Source of the DNA: Oceanispirochaeta sp.
GTDB lineage: Bacteria > Spirochaetota > Spirochaetia > DSM-2461
Assembly: GCA_963663385.2 (NCBI GenBank)
Contig: CAXXXD010000001.1
Location: 416,001-480,000, forward strand
Length of the DNA stretch: 64,000 bases
Direction of reading: 5' to 3'
Shown here: positions 8,667-16,667 of the stretch, piece after piece
How the letters are laid out: each line of letters starts with the position of its first letter
How positions within the stretch are numbered: position 1 is the first letter of the stretch
Program-made: the position numbers and the translations under genes
The notes under the pieces: model-generated
The model's input: the letters and a program-made list of their open reading frames with translations, nothing else
Database searches by the model: none
Told to the model about the DNA's origin: nothing

Positions 8667-10994
8667 ATGCCGGACACAAGCCATTACAACAAAGCAGTAT
8701 CAGCCTATCTTCTCGAGGATTATCCCCTTGCCCTGCGTCTTACGGAGAAGCTAATCCGTGAAACCGGAGACAGGCCAATCTACAATATATTGATGGGTAA
8801 TATTTTTCAGGCCCAGGATGATACGGATAAAGCTGTCGTCTACTATCGGAAAGCCCTTGAGCAAGCACCGGATAATCCGGAGGCCTATAACAATATTGGT
8901 GTTACCTATAAAAAAAAGGGTGACTTTGAAAAAGCGCTGACAGCCTTTTCTCAAGCCAATAAGATAGCCCCTGACAGGGCTGATATCTGTTATAATCTGG
9001 GGAATTTATATAAACAGTTTGAAGATTATGACAATGCCGAAATATGGTATAAGAAATCCATTTCAATAGACCCCTCCTATATCAATTCTTATAACAACCT
9101 GGGAACAATATTCGAAAAAAACAATGATTATGAGAATGCCGAAGAGATTTATCGGCAGGGTCTTTCCATAGATAAGAACAACGCCACTCTTCACTATAAT
9201 CTGGGAATCACTTTCGAAGACCGGGGCCAAATGGAAGATGCTCAGGCTCAATATGAAGAATCCCTGAAATTCAGACCCGGCTGGACACCCAGTTTAAATA
9301 ATCTCGGTTCTGTCCTGCAGAACCAGGGGAAACTGCTGGAGGCTGAAAAAAGGTTTGATCAACTGCTGAAAAAAGAACCGGAAAATGTTCATGCCATTAC
9401 CGGGCTTGGTTCAATACATGCCAGCAGGGGAGATTCGGATAAAGCCCGGATACTCTTCAAAAAGGCTCTTTCCTTTGATCCCAGCTATAAATCAGCAACG
9501 ATCAATCTGAAAAATGTCTACCTGAAAGAGAACTCCTTTCAGGAAGCACTGGAAGAGCTGAACAAACAGGCCACCTTTCATCCCGAGGACATAGAGATTC
9601 AACTTCAGATTGGCAGTCTGCTCTCCCGGCTGGGACGAAAGAAAGAAGCTGAACAGGTATACAGCCGTATATTGGACAGACAGCCTGATAATCTTACAGT
9701 ATACAAGGAGCTGGCGGAACTCTATGCGGAACTCGAAAGGCCGGATCTTGTACGATCCTGCGTTATAGAGATTCAGAAAAGGAATCCCAAAGATAAAGAG
9801 ATTCTCAGGAATCTCGCAGAAACCTATCTGAAATCGAAACGGTTGGAAGATGCCAGGAAATATATTGACCAGTACCTTGATGCGTTTCCCCAGGATAAAA
9901 AGGCTCTGCGGATCAAGGCTGCAATCCTGCAACAGTTATCTGATCATTCGGGAGCTGCCGCACTCTATAGTGAAATAGGAGATGACCCGGATATGGAGTC
10001 AGATCCTGTTCTTTTAGCTGATATGGCTGAAGCATTCTTTGAATCAGGCGACCGGGAAAATGCAGTTAACAGGCTGGAACAGCTTGTTAACCTTCAGGGA
10101 ACAGAAGGAAGTCCTGATAGTATCGAGAACCTTGCTGCCAGTCTGGACCTTTATGAAAAAACAGTATCCTCTTTTCAGCAGGGGCATGGATCACAATGGC
10201 AGCAGAATCTTGAAAAAATGCGTCAGATAGCCATCCGGGACAAAGCGGAACATCTGAAATCAGATAACACGGCCATATCTTCCACCAGCCAGATTCCCAT
10301 TGAAGAAGAAGATGCGATCAGTTTACTGGATATTTCTGCCATGGAACCGGTCATCCGAATAAATGAGGAAGATGAAACACTTTACCTTGAGGAGGAAATC
10401 GAAGATTTCAAGGATCAGTTTGTAGAGTTGGAAGATGAAAACCCTGAGGAAGAGACAGAACCCGAATCCTTATCCATGATTCCACCGGAGGAGGACTATC
10501 CAATCCCCCCGGCAGCTCCCGCACCGCAGCAGCCGGTTCCCTCTGAATTACCGCCTTCTTCGGATGAGAACCCTCCGGAATTACCAGAATATCCCCATTA
10601 TACGGAACCAGATCTTAAAGAAGAGGAGAAACCGGAACCTGGAGAAAAAAAGGAAGAGGAAAAATTGAATATTGCAGGTATGATGAATTACCTTTTTGAG
10701 CTTTCCCATGATCTACCGGAAGAAAAAAAGGAAATTCTCATTGAAAATTCCATTCCCTTAAAAATGGCATCAGTCATAAAGAGGCTTTCCGGAGGAAACC
10801 GTTTTAAGGAAAAGGTTTCAAAATACGACAGACGGAACAGAAAACGTTCTGATTACAAGTTAAATGAAAAGAAGATTGGGGATTCCATGTCTGCTTTTAA
10901 AAATTTGACGGATCAGCATCCGGATAATCTTATCAGCTCAACATTCAAAAAGAAAATGGATGAACTGATAAACAAACTGAAACCCTATCTGTAA
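8667..10994 (+). CDS. Tetratricopeptide-repeat protein with Pro/Glu-rich linker
   Basis: Multiple TPR units (YNNIG, YNLG, YNNLG); acidic/Pro-rich segment near C-terminus. Confidence 0.88.
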   Translation: MPDTSHYNKAVSAYLLEDYPLALRLTEKLIRETGDRPIYNILMGNIFQAQDDTDKAVVYYRKALEQAPDNPEAYNNIGVTYKKKGDFEKALTAFSQANKIAPDRADICYNLGNLYKQFEDYDNAEIWYKKSISIDPSYINSYNNLGTIFEKNNDYENAEEIYRQGLSIDKNNATLHYNLGITFEDRGQMEDAQAQYEESLKFRPGWTPSLNNLGSVLQNQGKLLEAEKRFDQLLKKEPENVHAITGLGSIHASRGDSDKARILFKKALSFDPSYKSATINLKNVYLKENSFQEALEELNKQATFHPEDIEIQLQIGSLLSRLGRKKEAEQVYSRILDRQPDNLTVYKELAELYAELERPDLVRSCVIEIQKRNPKDKEILRNLAETYLKSKRLEDARKYIDQYLDAFPQDKKALRIKAAILQQLSDHSGAAALYSEIGDDPDMESDPVLLADMAEAFFESGDRENAVNRLEQLVNLQGTEGSPDSIENLAASLDLYEKTVSSFQQGHGSQWQQNLEKMRQIAIRDKAEHLKSDNTAISSTSQIPIEEEDAISLLDISAMEPVIRINEEDETLYLEEEIEDFKDQFVELEDENPEEETEPESLSMIPPEEDYPIPPAAPAPQQPVPSELPPSSDENPPELPEYPHYTEPDLKEEEKPEPGEKKEEEKLNIAGMMNYLFELSHDLPEEKKEILIENSIPLKMASVIKRLSGGNRFKEKVSKYDRRNRKRSDYKLNEKKIGDSMSAFKNLTDQHPDNLISSTFKKKMDELINKLKPYL

Positions 10995-11016
10995 TGGCCT
11001 GGAATTATTCAGGCTG

Positions 11017-11622
11017 CTACTCAAATTCATTCAATGTTACTGTACCGGCACTGATATTCCTGACCGATTCTGCACATTTACCAGCTCTTTCATCCGGAAC
11101 CTGTATTTCCATTTTCACATCAGCTCCAAATACTTCCTTTACAACTTCCCCTGCTTCAGACTGTACAGCCTTTTTTATCTGTTCATACAGATGATAGGAA
11201 CAGTTCAGATAGAAATCTTTTTTTTCAATTTTCTCAAGGGGTACAACTTTATCAAGTACATCCTGAGCAGATCTGGTATAAGCCTGAACCAGTCCCCCCG
11301 TTCCCAGTTTGATACCTCCAAAGTACCGGATTACCAGAATAAGAGCATCTGTCAGGCCGCTTCCTTTCAAAACCTCCAGAACTGGTCTGCCTGCCGTTCC
11401 ATGAGGTTCTCCATCGTCACTCAGACCAAAAACAGACCGTGAATCACCCAGAATATAAGCCCAGACAACATGTCTGGACTGGGGGTGGGCTTTTCTGGTT
11501 TCTTTGATGATTCCTTTTATTTCATCCGCACCCTCTACAGGCAGAACAATACTTATAAATCGGGATCTCTTCTCTATAAATTCGGATTCAGCCTTATTGG
11601 AAGGTATTAATATTTTTTTCAT
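11017..11622 (-). CDS. yigZ: YigZ/IMPACT family protein
   Basis: KRSRF, SDDGEPHGTAG, RYFGGIKLGTGGLVQAY; start taken at MKKILIP. Confidence 0.92.
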   Translation of the reverse strand: MKKILIPSNKAESEFIEKRSRFISIVLPVEGADEIKGIIKETRKAHPQSRHVVWAYILGDSRSVFGLSDDGEPHGTAGRPVLEVLKGSGLTDALILVIRYFGGIKLGTGGLVQAYTRSAQDVLDKVVPLEKIEKKDFYLNCSYHLYEQIKKAVQSEAGEVVKEVFGADVKMEIQVPDERAGKCAESVRNISAGTVTLNEFE

Positions 11623-11814
11623 AAAAGTTTCGTACCACTTTTTTCTGAAATGTACTATAATTATTTGATTCACTTATAACATATTCCATTCTTATAGCAT
11701 ATTTTCAACCATTATAAAACCATTACAACACATTGTATAATTTAAGAATTAATAATATGATAAAAAATTCTCAAATAATATAATAATAGACTCTTATAGT
11801 ACCAAGGAGTTAGA

Positions 11815-13236
11815 GTGATAAAAAAAGATTTTCCAAAAATACACTACTATGATCAGGACTTTGTAGATATATATAACCGCTCCTGGGCATGGGTTCAGGA
11901 TTTCTGGTTTAAGGGCAATCCTGAGCTGAACGTCAAAAATTGTTTCTTTAACTATAAAGAATATGAAACAATAAATTTGTTTGAAACATCCATATCTACT
12001 TTTTTTCTCGTTTATAATAACAACAAATATGCCGTAGCCCCCATGCTGGATAATTTTTATGCCCTGCAGGAGGAAAATGGGGCCATCAGACTTGAGTATA
12101 ATCTGGAAGATGGAAAACCTGTTTTTTCAAAGAATAATCCGGAGGGTGTATCTCCGCCTCTGCTCGCCTGGGTAGAGTACAACCTTTATCATAAAGTCGG
12201 TCAGAAAAAAAGAATCAAGGAAATAATGCCGTATCTCGAAAGATACTATAATTGGCTGGATACAACTTTTAAGAATCCGGACACCGGACTCTATGCAGTT
12301 CCTCAGGAAGGAACAATGATGAATAACTCTCCCCGGGAAGGTATGTATTACCCCATAGATTTTAATTCACAGCAGGCTCTGAATTCCCTATATATGTCTG
12401 CCCTGGGTGATATCCTCAATGATAAAGAACTGAGTTTTAAATATAAAAAACAGTATTTTTCACTGAAAACAAGAATAAATAGTCTGATGTGGAATCAGGA
12501 TGATTCAATCTATTATGACCTCGATAAAGATCAGAACCAGGTAAAGATTAAAACAGCTGCTTCTTTCTGGCCGCTCCTTGCTGAAATTCCAAATGAAGCA
12601 CGGGCAGAAGATCTTATTGAGCTTTTAAAGGATCCTGAGCACTTTGGTACGGATAATCCTTTCCCTTCACTGGCAGCCAGTGAGGATAAATTCAGCAAGA
12701 AAGGGAATGGATACTGCGGATCAGTTTTCCCTTTTCTTACGTTTATGATAATCAAGGGTCTGGAAAAGTATGCCCGTTACGATTTTGCCCGTGAGTGTTC
12801 CATACGGCATCTCTATTATGTCCTGGATACATTTCATCCGGATGGAAACAAAAAAGGAACTCTCTGGGAAGCCTATGCTCCTTTAAATGAAGGACCTGCC
12901 GTATGGGATGATGAAACGGAAAACAGACAGTTATTTCTGGCCTATACTGCCTTGTCTACTATAACTCTCATGATTGAGAATGTCGTAGGTCTGTATATAT
13001 CGCTTCCCCGTAAAACAGTGGACTGGATTGTACCGACCCTGGAATTGATGGGAATCGAAGATCTGTCTTTAAAGCGGAATATGATCACCATCCTCAGTAA
13101 CAAAAGTGGAAGAGGGTGGGAAATCCGTCTGGAATCGGAAAAACTTTACTACTTCACAATAGACATCCTGGGAGAAAAGAAAAAGACTCTCCCTATTCCA
13201 TCGGGAAAGTGTTCCATGCTAATCGATAAACTGTAA
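11815..13236 (+). CDS. MGH1/GH63-like (alpha/alpha)6 glycoside hydrolase-family protein
   Basis: PPLLAW, NSPR, MWN..YYD, WEAY motifs; SD AAGGAG before GTG. Confidence 0.75.
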   Translation: MIKKDFPKIHYYDQDFVDIYNRSWAWVQDFWFKGNPELNVKNCFFNYKEYETINLFETSISTFFLVYNNNKYAVAPMLDNFYALQEENGAIRLEYNLEDGKPVFSKNNPEGVSPPLLAWVEYNLYHKVGQKKRIKEIMPYLERYYNWLDTTFKNPDTGLYAVPQEGTMMNNSPREGMYYPIDFNSQQALNSLYMSALGDILNDKELSFKYKKQYFSLKTRINSLMWNQDDSIYYDLDKDQNQVKIKTAASFWPLLAEIPNEARAEDLIELLKDPEHFGTDNPFPSLAASEDKFSKKGNGYCGSVFPFLTFMIIKGLEKYARYDFARECSIRHLYYVLDTFHPDGNKKGTLWEAYAPLNEGPAVWDDETENRQLFLAYTALSTITLMIENVVGLYISLPRKTVDWIVPTLELMGIEDLSLKRNMITILSNKSGRGWEIRLESEKLYYFTIDILGEKKKTLPIPSGKCSMLIDKL

Positions 13237-13255
13237 AAAATCCTTCTTTACATAG

Positions 13256-13282
13256 AAAAACCCCGCAACTGGCGGGGTTTTT
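13256..13282. terminator. Bidirectional intrinsic terminator
   Basis: AAAAACCCCGC-aactg-GCGGGGTTTTT between convergent genes. Confidence 0.88.
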
Positions 13283-13296
13283 ATTTTGATCCGGGA

Positions 13297-13896
13297 TTAT
13301 TCATCTGTAGAAAAAGTCATTCTGCCCTTAAGAGCCCTGGATATACTTAGTTGATCAGCATATTCCATATCACCTCCTACAGGAAGTCCCGAAGCAATTC
13401 TGGTGGTAATGATTTTTTTATCCTTAATGAGATGACGGATATAGAGAGCCGTAGAATCTCCTTCCAACGTCGGATTTGTCGCCAATATAAGCTCTTTAAC
13501 TCCAGAGGTATCAATTCTTTCGATAAGCTTATCAAAGCCCAGCTCTCCCGGTCCAATACCATCAAGGGGCGATAGAACGCCGTGAAGCACATGATAATAT
13601 CCCTTATACTCTCCTGTGCTTTCTATCATCTTAACATCCTGAGATTCTTCAACAACACAAAGAAAAGAACGATCCCTGTCAGTTGCAGAACAGATTTCAC
13701 ATATCTCCTCTTCCGTAAAATTTCCGCAGATACGGCATTTATGGATACGTTCCTGTAACTCACTGATTGACTGACCAAGTTTACGATTAAAATCCTCATC
13801 TCCTTTCAGAAGAGAGTATGCCATTCTTGAAGCACTTTTTTTACCAACCCCCGGAAGACGGGACAGAAGGGTAATAAGATTATCAAGGGTATTCAT
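13297..13896 (-). CDS. recR: Recombination mediator RecR
   Basis: LPGVGKKSA, C4 zinc finger, Toprim motif ILATNPTLEGD. Confidence 0.97.
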   Translation of the reverse strand: MNTLDNLITLLSRLPGVGKKSASRMAYSLLKGDEDFNRKLGQSISELQERIHKCRICGNFTEEEICEICSATDRDRSFLCVVEESQDVKMIESTGEYKGYYHVLHGVLSPLDGIGPGELGFDKLIERIDTSGVKELILATNPTLEGDSTALYIRHLIKDKKIITTRIASGLPVGGDMEYADQLSISRALKGRMTFSTDE

Positions 13897-14216
13897 TAAA
13901 AGCCCGGAAAACCGGGAGGAACAGGAATACCGGTCATACTGGTCATTTCATCCCTTATTTTATCTTTAATATTCGAATACGCTGCTGTACAGGCTGAAAC
14001 AATAAGTTCCTCAAGCATCTTTACATCTCTTGGATCAACAGCAATAGGATCAATTGTAACATTCAATATTTCCATTTGGCCATTCATCTTTACTTTGACC
14101 AGTTCTCCACCGGAACTGCCTTCTGCAGAGATGCCCTTTAGCTTCTCCTGCATATCACCCATATTCTTCTGCATTTCCTGAAGGTTCTTCATCATATCCA
14201 TAGGGTTAAAATCCAT
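13896..14216 (-). CDS. ybaB: YbaB/EbfC nucleoid-associated protein
   Basis: EGSSGGELVKV..DVKMLEELI; lies between dnaX and recR. Confidence 0.93.
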   Translation of the reverse strand: MDFNPMDMMKNLQEMQKNMGDMQEKLKGISAEGSSGGELVKVKMNGQMEILNVTIDPIAVDPRDVKMLEELIVSACTAAYSNIKDKIRDEMTSMTGIPVPPGFPGF

Positions 14217-14228
14217 GGGAAATCTCCT

Positions 14229-15898
14229 TTAAATAATAGTACCTCTGAAAATAGAACGAACAAGTTCCACCTGCTCCTCTACTGTTTCATCCTGTACAAT
14301 CTGTTCTCTTTTGATTTTAGTGGAAAACAGAATATTCCATCCCAGTTTTCCCTGAATTATCTTCTGGATAGTTTTAAATTCTTTTTCGACAAGTGTACTG
14401 GCAAAAGGGCTGTTAAAAGTGAGAAGGACTTTATCTCCCTCCCTCTCCCAGATTTCCGCCTTATCCAGACCGGCAGCAATAGACATGCTGTCCGAACGGA
14501 CTGCCTTCAGAATCTTATCCTTGAAGTCCTTTATATTTAACTCCGGAATTTGTTCAGATTCAGATTTCGCAGTTTTTTCAGCAGGTTGAGGTAATTCTAT
14601 GCTCTGTTTTTCTTCCTGAACAACAGATGCAATTGGCGGTTTTGATTCTTTCTGCTGTATTTTTCTGTCAAAAGCATCGGAGAGAACCGATTCAACCTGT
14701 TTTACTTTTTTTTTTTTGGTTCCCCGGAAGGAACAGTTTGGCTGAACGAAGCGGATTGCCCCAGTTGTTCTTTCATCCGGGTCAGTTCACTCATAATCTG
14801 TTTTGAATCAATATGGTATCGAATGGTGGATAATCGGCTTAAAAGCAGCTCCAGTTCAAAACGGGGATTGATGGAATAACGAATTTCACGGAACAGTTCC
14901 AGAACTTCTTCCAATGCCCATTCAATTTGTCCGGCATTCAAATTTTCCAGAACAACCGTAGAAAAACGATCCGGTGTATAGCCGAGGAGAGATTCTTTCT
15001 TTATCCCGTGAAAAATAAAGAGGATATTCCGAAGATATTCCGCAAGATCAGTAATAAACTGCTCTATGGAAACACCGCTTGCAATAACTTCATCAAAAGA
15101 TTCCAGAGCCTGTTCGGTTTTCTCTTCCACCAGAAGCGACATCAGATCATTCAACTGGTCCAATCCGATTAATCCCAGTTTCTCCCGTATTTTATCCAGA
15201 GTAACAAACCCGTCTGAAAAAGAAATAATCTGATCAAACAGTGTATAGGCATCTCTCACGGAACCGGTAGATTCACGTGCTACCCAATAGAGGGCATCAT
15301 CCTCATACTGAATTTCCAGTTCATTACAGACCGTTTCAAGAAGCCTTTTAATTTCTGCAATATCAATCAGCCTGAAATTAAACTGCTGACAGCGGGATCG
15401 AATGGTGGCCGGAACTTTATGTATTTCGGTTGTTGCAAAAATAAAAATAATATAGGGCGGCGGCTCTTCTATGGTTTTCAGGAGGGCATTGAAGGCACTG
15501 TTCGAGAGCATATGCACTTCATCTATAATATATATTTTATATTTCGAGCTATTAGGACTGAACAGTACTTCATCCTTTATTTCCCGGATATCATTTACAC
15601 CAGTATTGGATGCCCCGTCGATTTCAATAACATCCAGAGAATTTCCTCTGGCAATCTCCTGACAGTTGGGACAAACACCGCATGGAGTAATACTGGGACC
15701 TTCCACACAATTGAGAGAACGGGCAAGGATGCGGGCGGATGAAGTTTTTCCTACTCCCCTGGGACCGGAAAACAGATAGGCATGAGCAATTCTGCCGTTT
15801 TCAATAGAGTTTTTCAGGGTTGCGACCACAAAATCCTGACCGGACAATTCGGTCAATGACTGAGGTCTTTTGCGAGATGCTGTTACTTCAAAATCCAT
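14229..15898 (-). CDS. dnaX: DNA polymerase III subunit tau (about 556 aa), requiring a -1 shift at the A12G run (14705-14717)
   Basis: -1 frame is open from the A run (KVKQVESVLSDAFD...) into the 14229..14486 ORF ending VELVRSIFRGTII. Confidence 0.8.
14702..15898 (-). CDS. dnaX: DNA polymerase III subunit gamma (398 aa, zero-frame product)
   Basis: GPRGVGKTS, Zn cysteines, DEVHML, SRC; ends GEPKKKK-TAA. Confidence 0.9.
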   Translation of the reverse strand: MDFEVTASRKRPQSLTELSGQDFVVATLKNSIENGRIAHAYLFSGPRGVGKTSSARILARSLNCVEGPSITPCGVCPNCQEIARGNSLDVIEIDGASNTGVNDIREIKDEVLFSPNSSKYKIYIIDEVHMLSNSAFNALLKTIEEPPPYIIFIFATTEIHKVPATIRSRCQQFNFRLIDIAEIKRLLETVCNELEIQYEDDALYWVARESTGSVRDAYTLFDQIISFSDGFVTLDKIREKLGLIGLDQLNDLMSLLVEEKTEQALESFDEVIASGVSIEQFITDLAEYLRNILFIFHGIKKESLLGYTPDRFSTVVLENLNAGQIEWALEEVLELFREIRYSINPRFELELLLSRLSTIRYHIDSKQIMSELTRMKEQLGQSASFSQTVPSGEPKKKK

Positions 15899-15906
15899 AG
15901 AAATAC

Positions 15907-15935
15907 AGTATACAGGAAAGGGGTTTACTCTTCAA
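15907..15935 (-). promoter_or_regulatory. Sigma-70 promoter of dnaX, probably leaderless
   Basis: TTGAAG-17-TATACT, 8 nt to ATG. Confidence 0.65.
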
Positions 15936-15956
15936 GATTGGCTTATAAATGAAAAT

Positions 15957-16079
15957 CCCCTCAGCTCCTCCCAAGTAATCCATGACACATCAAACAATCG
16001 CTTACGGCTGCTATCTTCCGATCCTGACCGGGTTGGGCGACGTTTAATTGCATGGAACCTGAAAATCAACACTGAAGGG
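15957..16079 (-). ncRNA. ffs: Small signal recognition particle RNA (4.5S)
   Basis: Core TCAGGATCGGAAGATAGCAGC with GGAA tetraloop; closing stem CCCTTCAG/CTGAGGGG; upstream of dnaX. Confidence 0.9.
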
Positions 16080-16085
16080 AAAAAG

Positions 16086-16170
16086 CGGAGAAGGGGGGAT
16101 TCGAACCCCCGGTACCTTGCGGTACATACGCTTTCCAAGCGCACACCTTCGGCCACTCGGTCACCTCTCC
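16086..16170 (-). tRNA. tRNA-Ser(GGA)
   Basis: Cloverleaf with long variable arm; anticodon loop TT-GGA-AA. Confidence 0.95.
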
Positions 16171-16227
16171 AAATTACTTACTCTGTTAATTAACCGGAAC
16201 CAGTTCCGATTATTCCATATAAATGGA

Positions 16228-16301
16228 TATGCCCAAGAGGATTCGAACCTCTGACCCTCAGTTCCGCAAACTGATGCTCTATCCATCTGAGCTATGGGCA
16301 C
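16228..16301 (-). tRNA. tRNA-Arg(GCG)
   Basis: Anticodon arm TCAGT-TT-GCG-GA-ACTGA; T loop GTTCGAATC. Confidence 0.93.
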
Positions 16302-16306
16302 AGAAA

Positions 16307-16393
16307 CGGAGAGGGAGGGATTTGAACCCTCGGTACGGTTACCCGTACAACACCTTAGCAGGGTGCCACCTTCGGCCACTCGGTCACCTCTCC
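16307..16393 (-). tRNA. tRNA-Ser(GCT)
   Basis: Anticodon loop CT-GCT-AA; long variable arm. Confidence 0.95.
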
Positions 16394-16437
16394 AGTTTAA
16401 GTTCAGTCTCTTCGAAATTCCGAAAAAACGGAACATA

Positions 16438-16522
16438 CGGAGAGGGTGGGATTCGAACCCACGGTAGGTCTCCCTACGCTGGTTTTCAAGACCAGATCCT
16501 TCGACCGCTCGGACACCTCTCC
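16438..16522 (-). tRNA. tRNA-Ser(TGA)
   Basis: CTGGT-CT-TGA-AA-ACCAG; long variable arm. Confidence 0.95.
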
Positions 16523-16535
16523 TAAACCGTAGGTA

Positions 16536-16564
16536 AAAATATCGTAAGTGCTGATCTTTGTCAA
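16536..16564 (-). promoter_or_regulatory. Sigma-70 promoter of the tRNA/ffs operon
   Basis: TTGACA-17-TATTTT just upstream of the first tRNA. Confidence 0.7.
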
Positions 16565-16633
16565 GACTAAATAAAACACATTATCTGACTGGTCAAATTT
16601 TTTTATTTGCCCTAAAGCGGGTAATTTATCTTA

Positions 16634-16661
16634 TTGCTTCCCAATTCATATCAGATATAAT
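16634..16661 (+). promoter_or_regulatory. Sigma-70 promoter, probably leaderless
   Basis: TTGCTT-16-TATAAT, 6 nt to ATG. Confidence 0.65.
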
Positions 16662-16667
16662 GAATCC

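Noticed and set aside
14229..14486. 85-aa stand-alone ORF, or dnaX as a pseudogene
   Set aside because: The frame is open upstream to the A run with no SD, so it is better explained as the tau C-terminus. dnaX is essential and has no other lesions.
16086..16522. Repeated GGAGAGGTG..CGAG..GG..GAAGG units as a CRISPR or repeat array
   Set aside because: These are the shared 5' halves of three tRNA-Ser genes; no cas genes are present
15870..16525. ORF-track entries 15870..16193, 15932..16156, 16161..16436 and 16223..16525
   Set aside because: They overlap tRNA and SRP RNA genes
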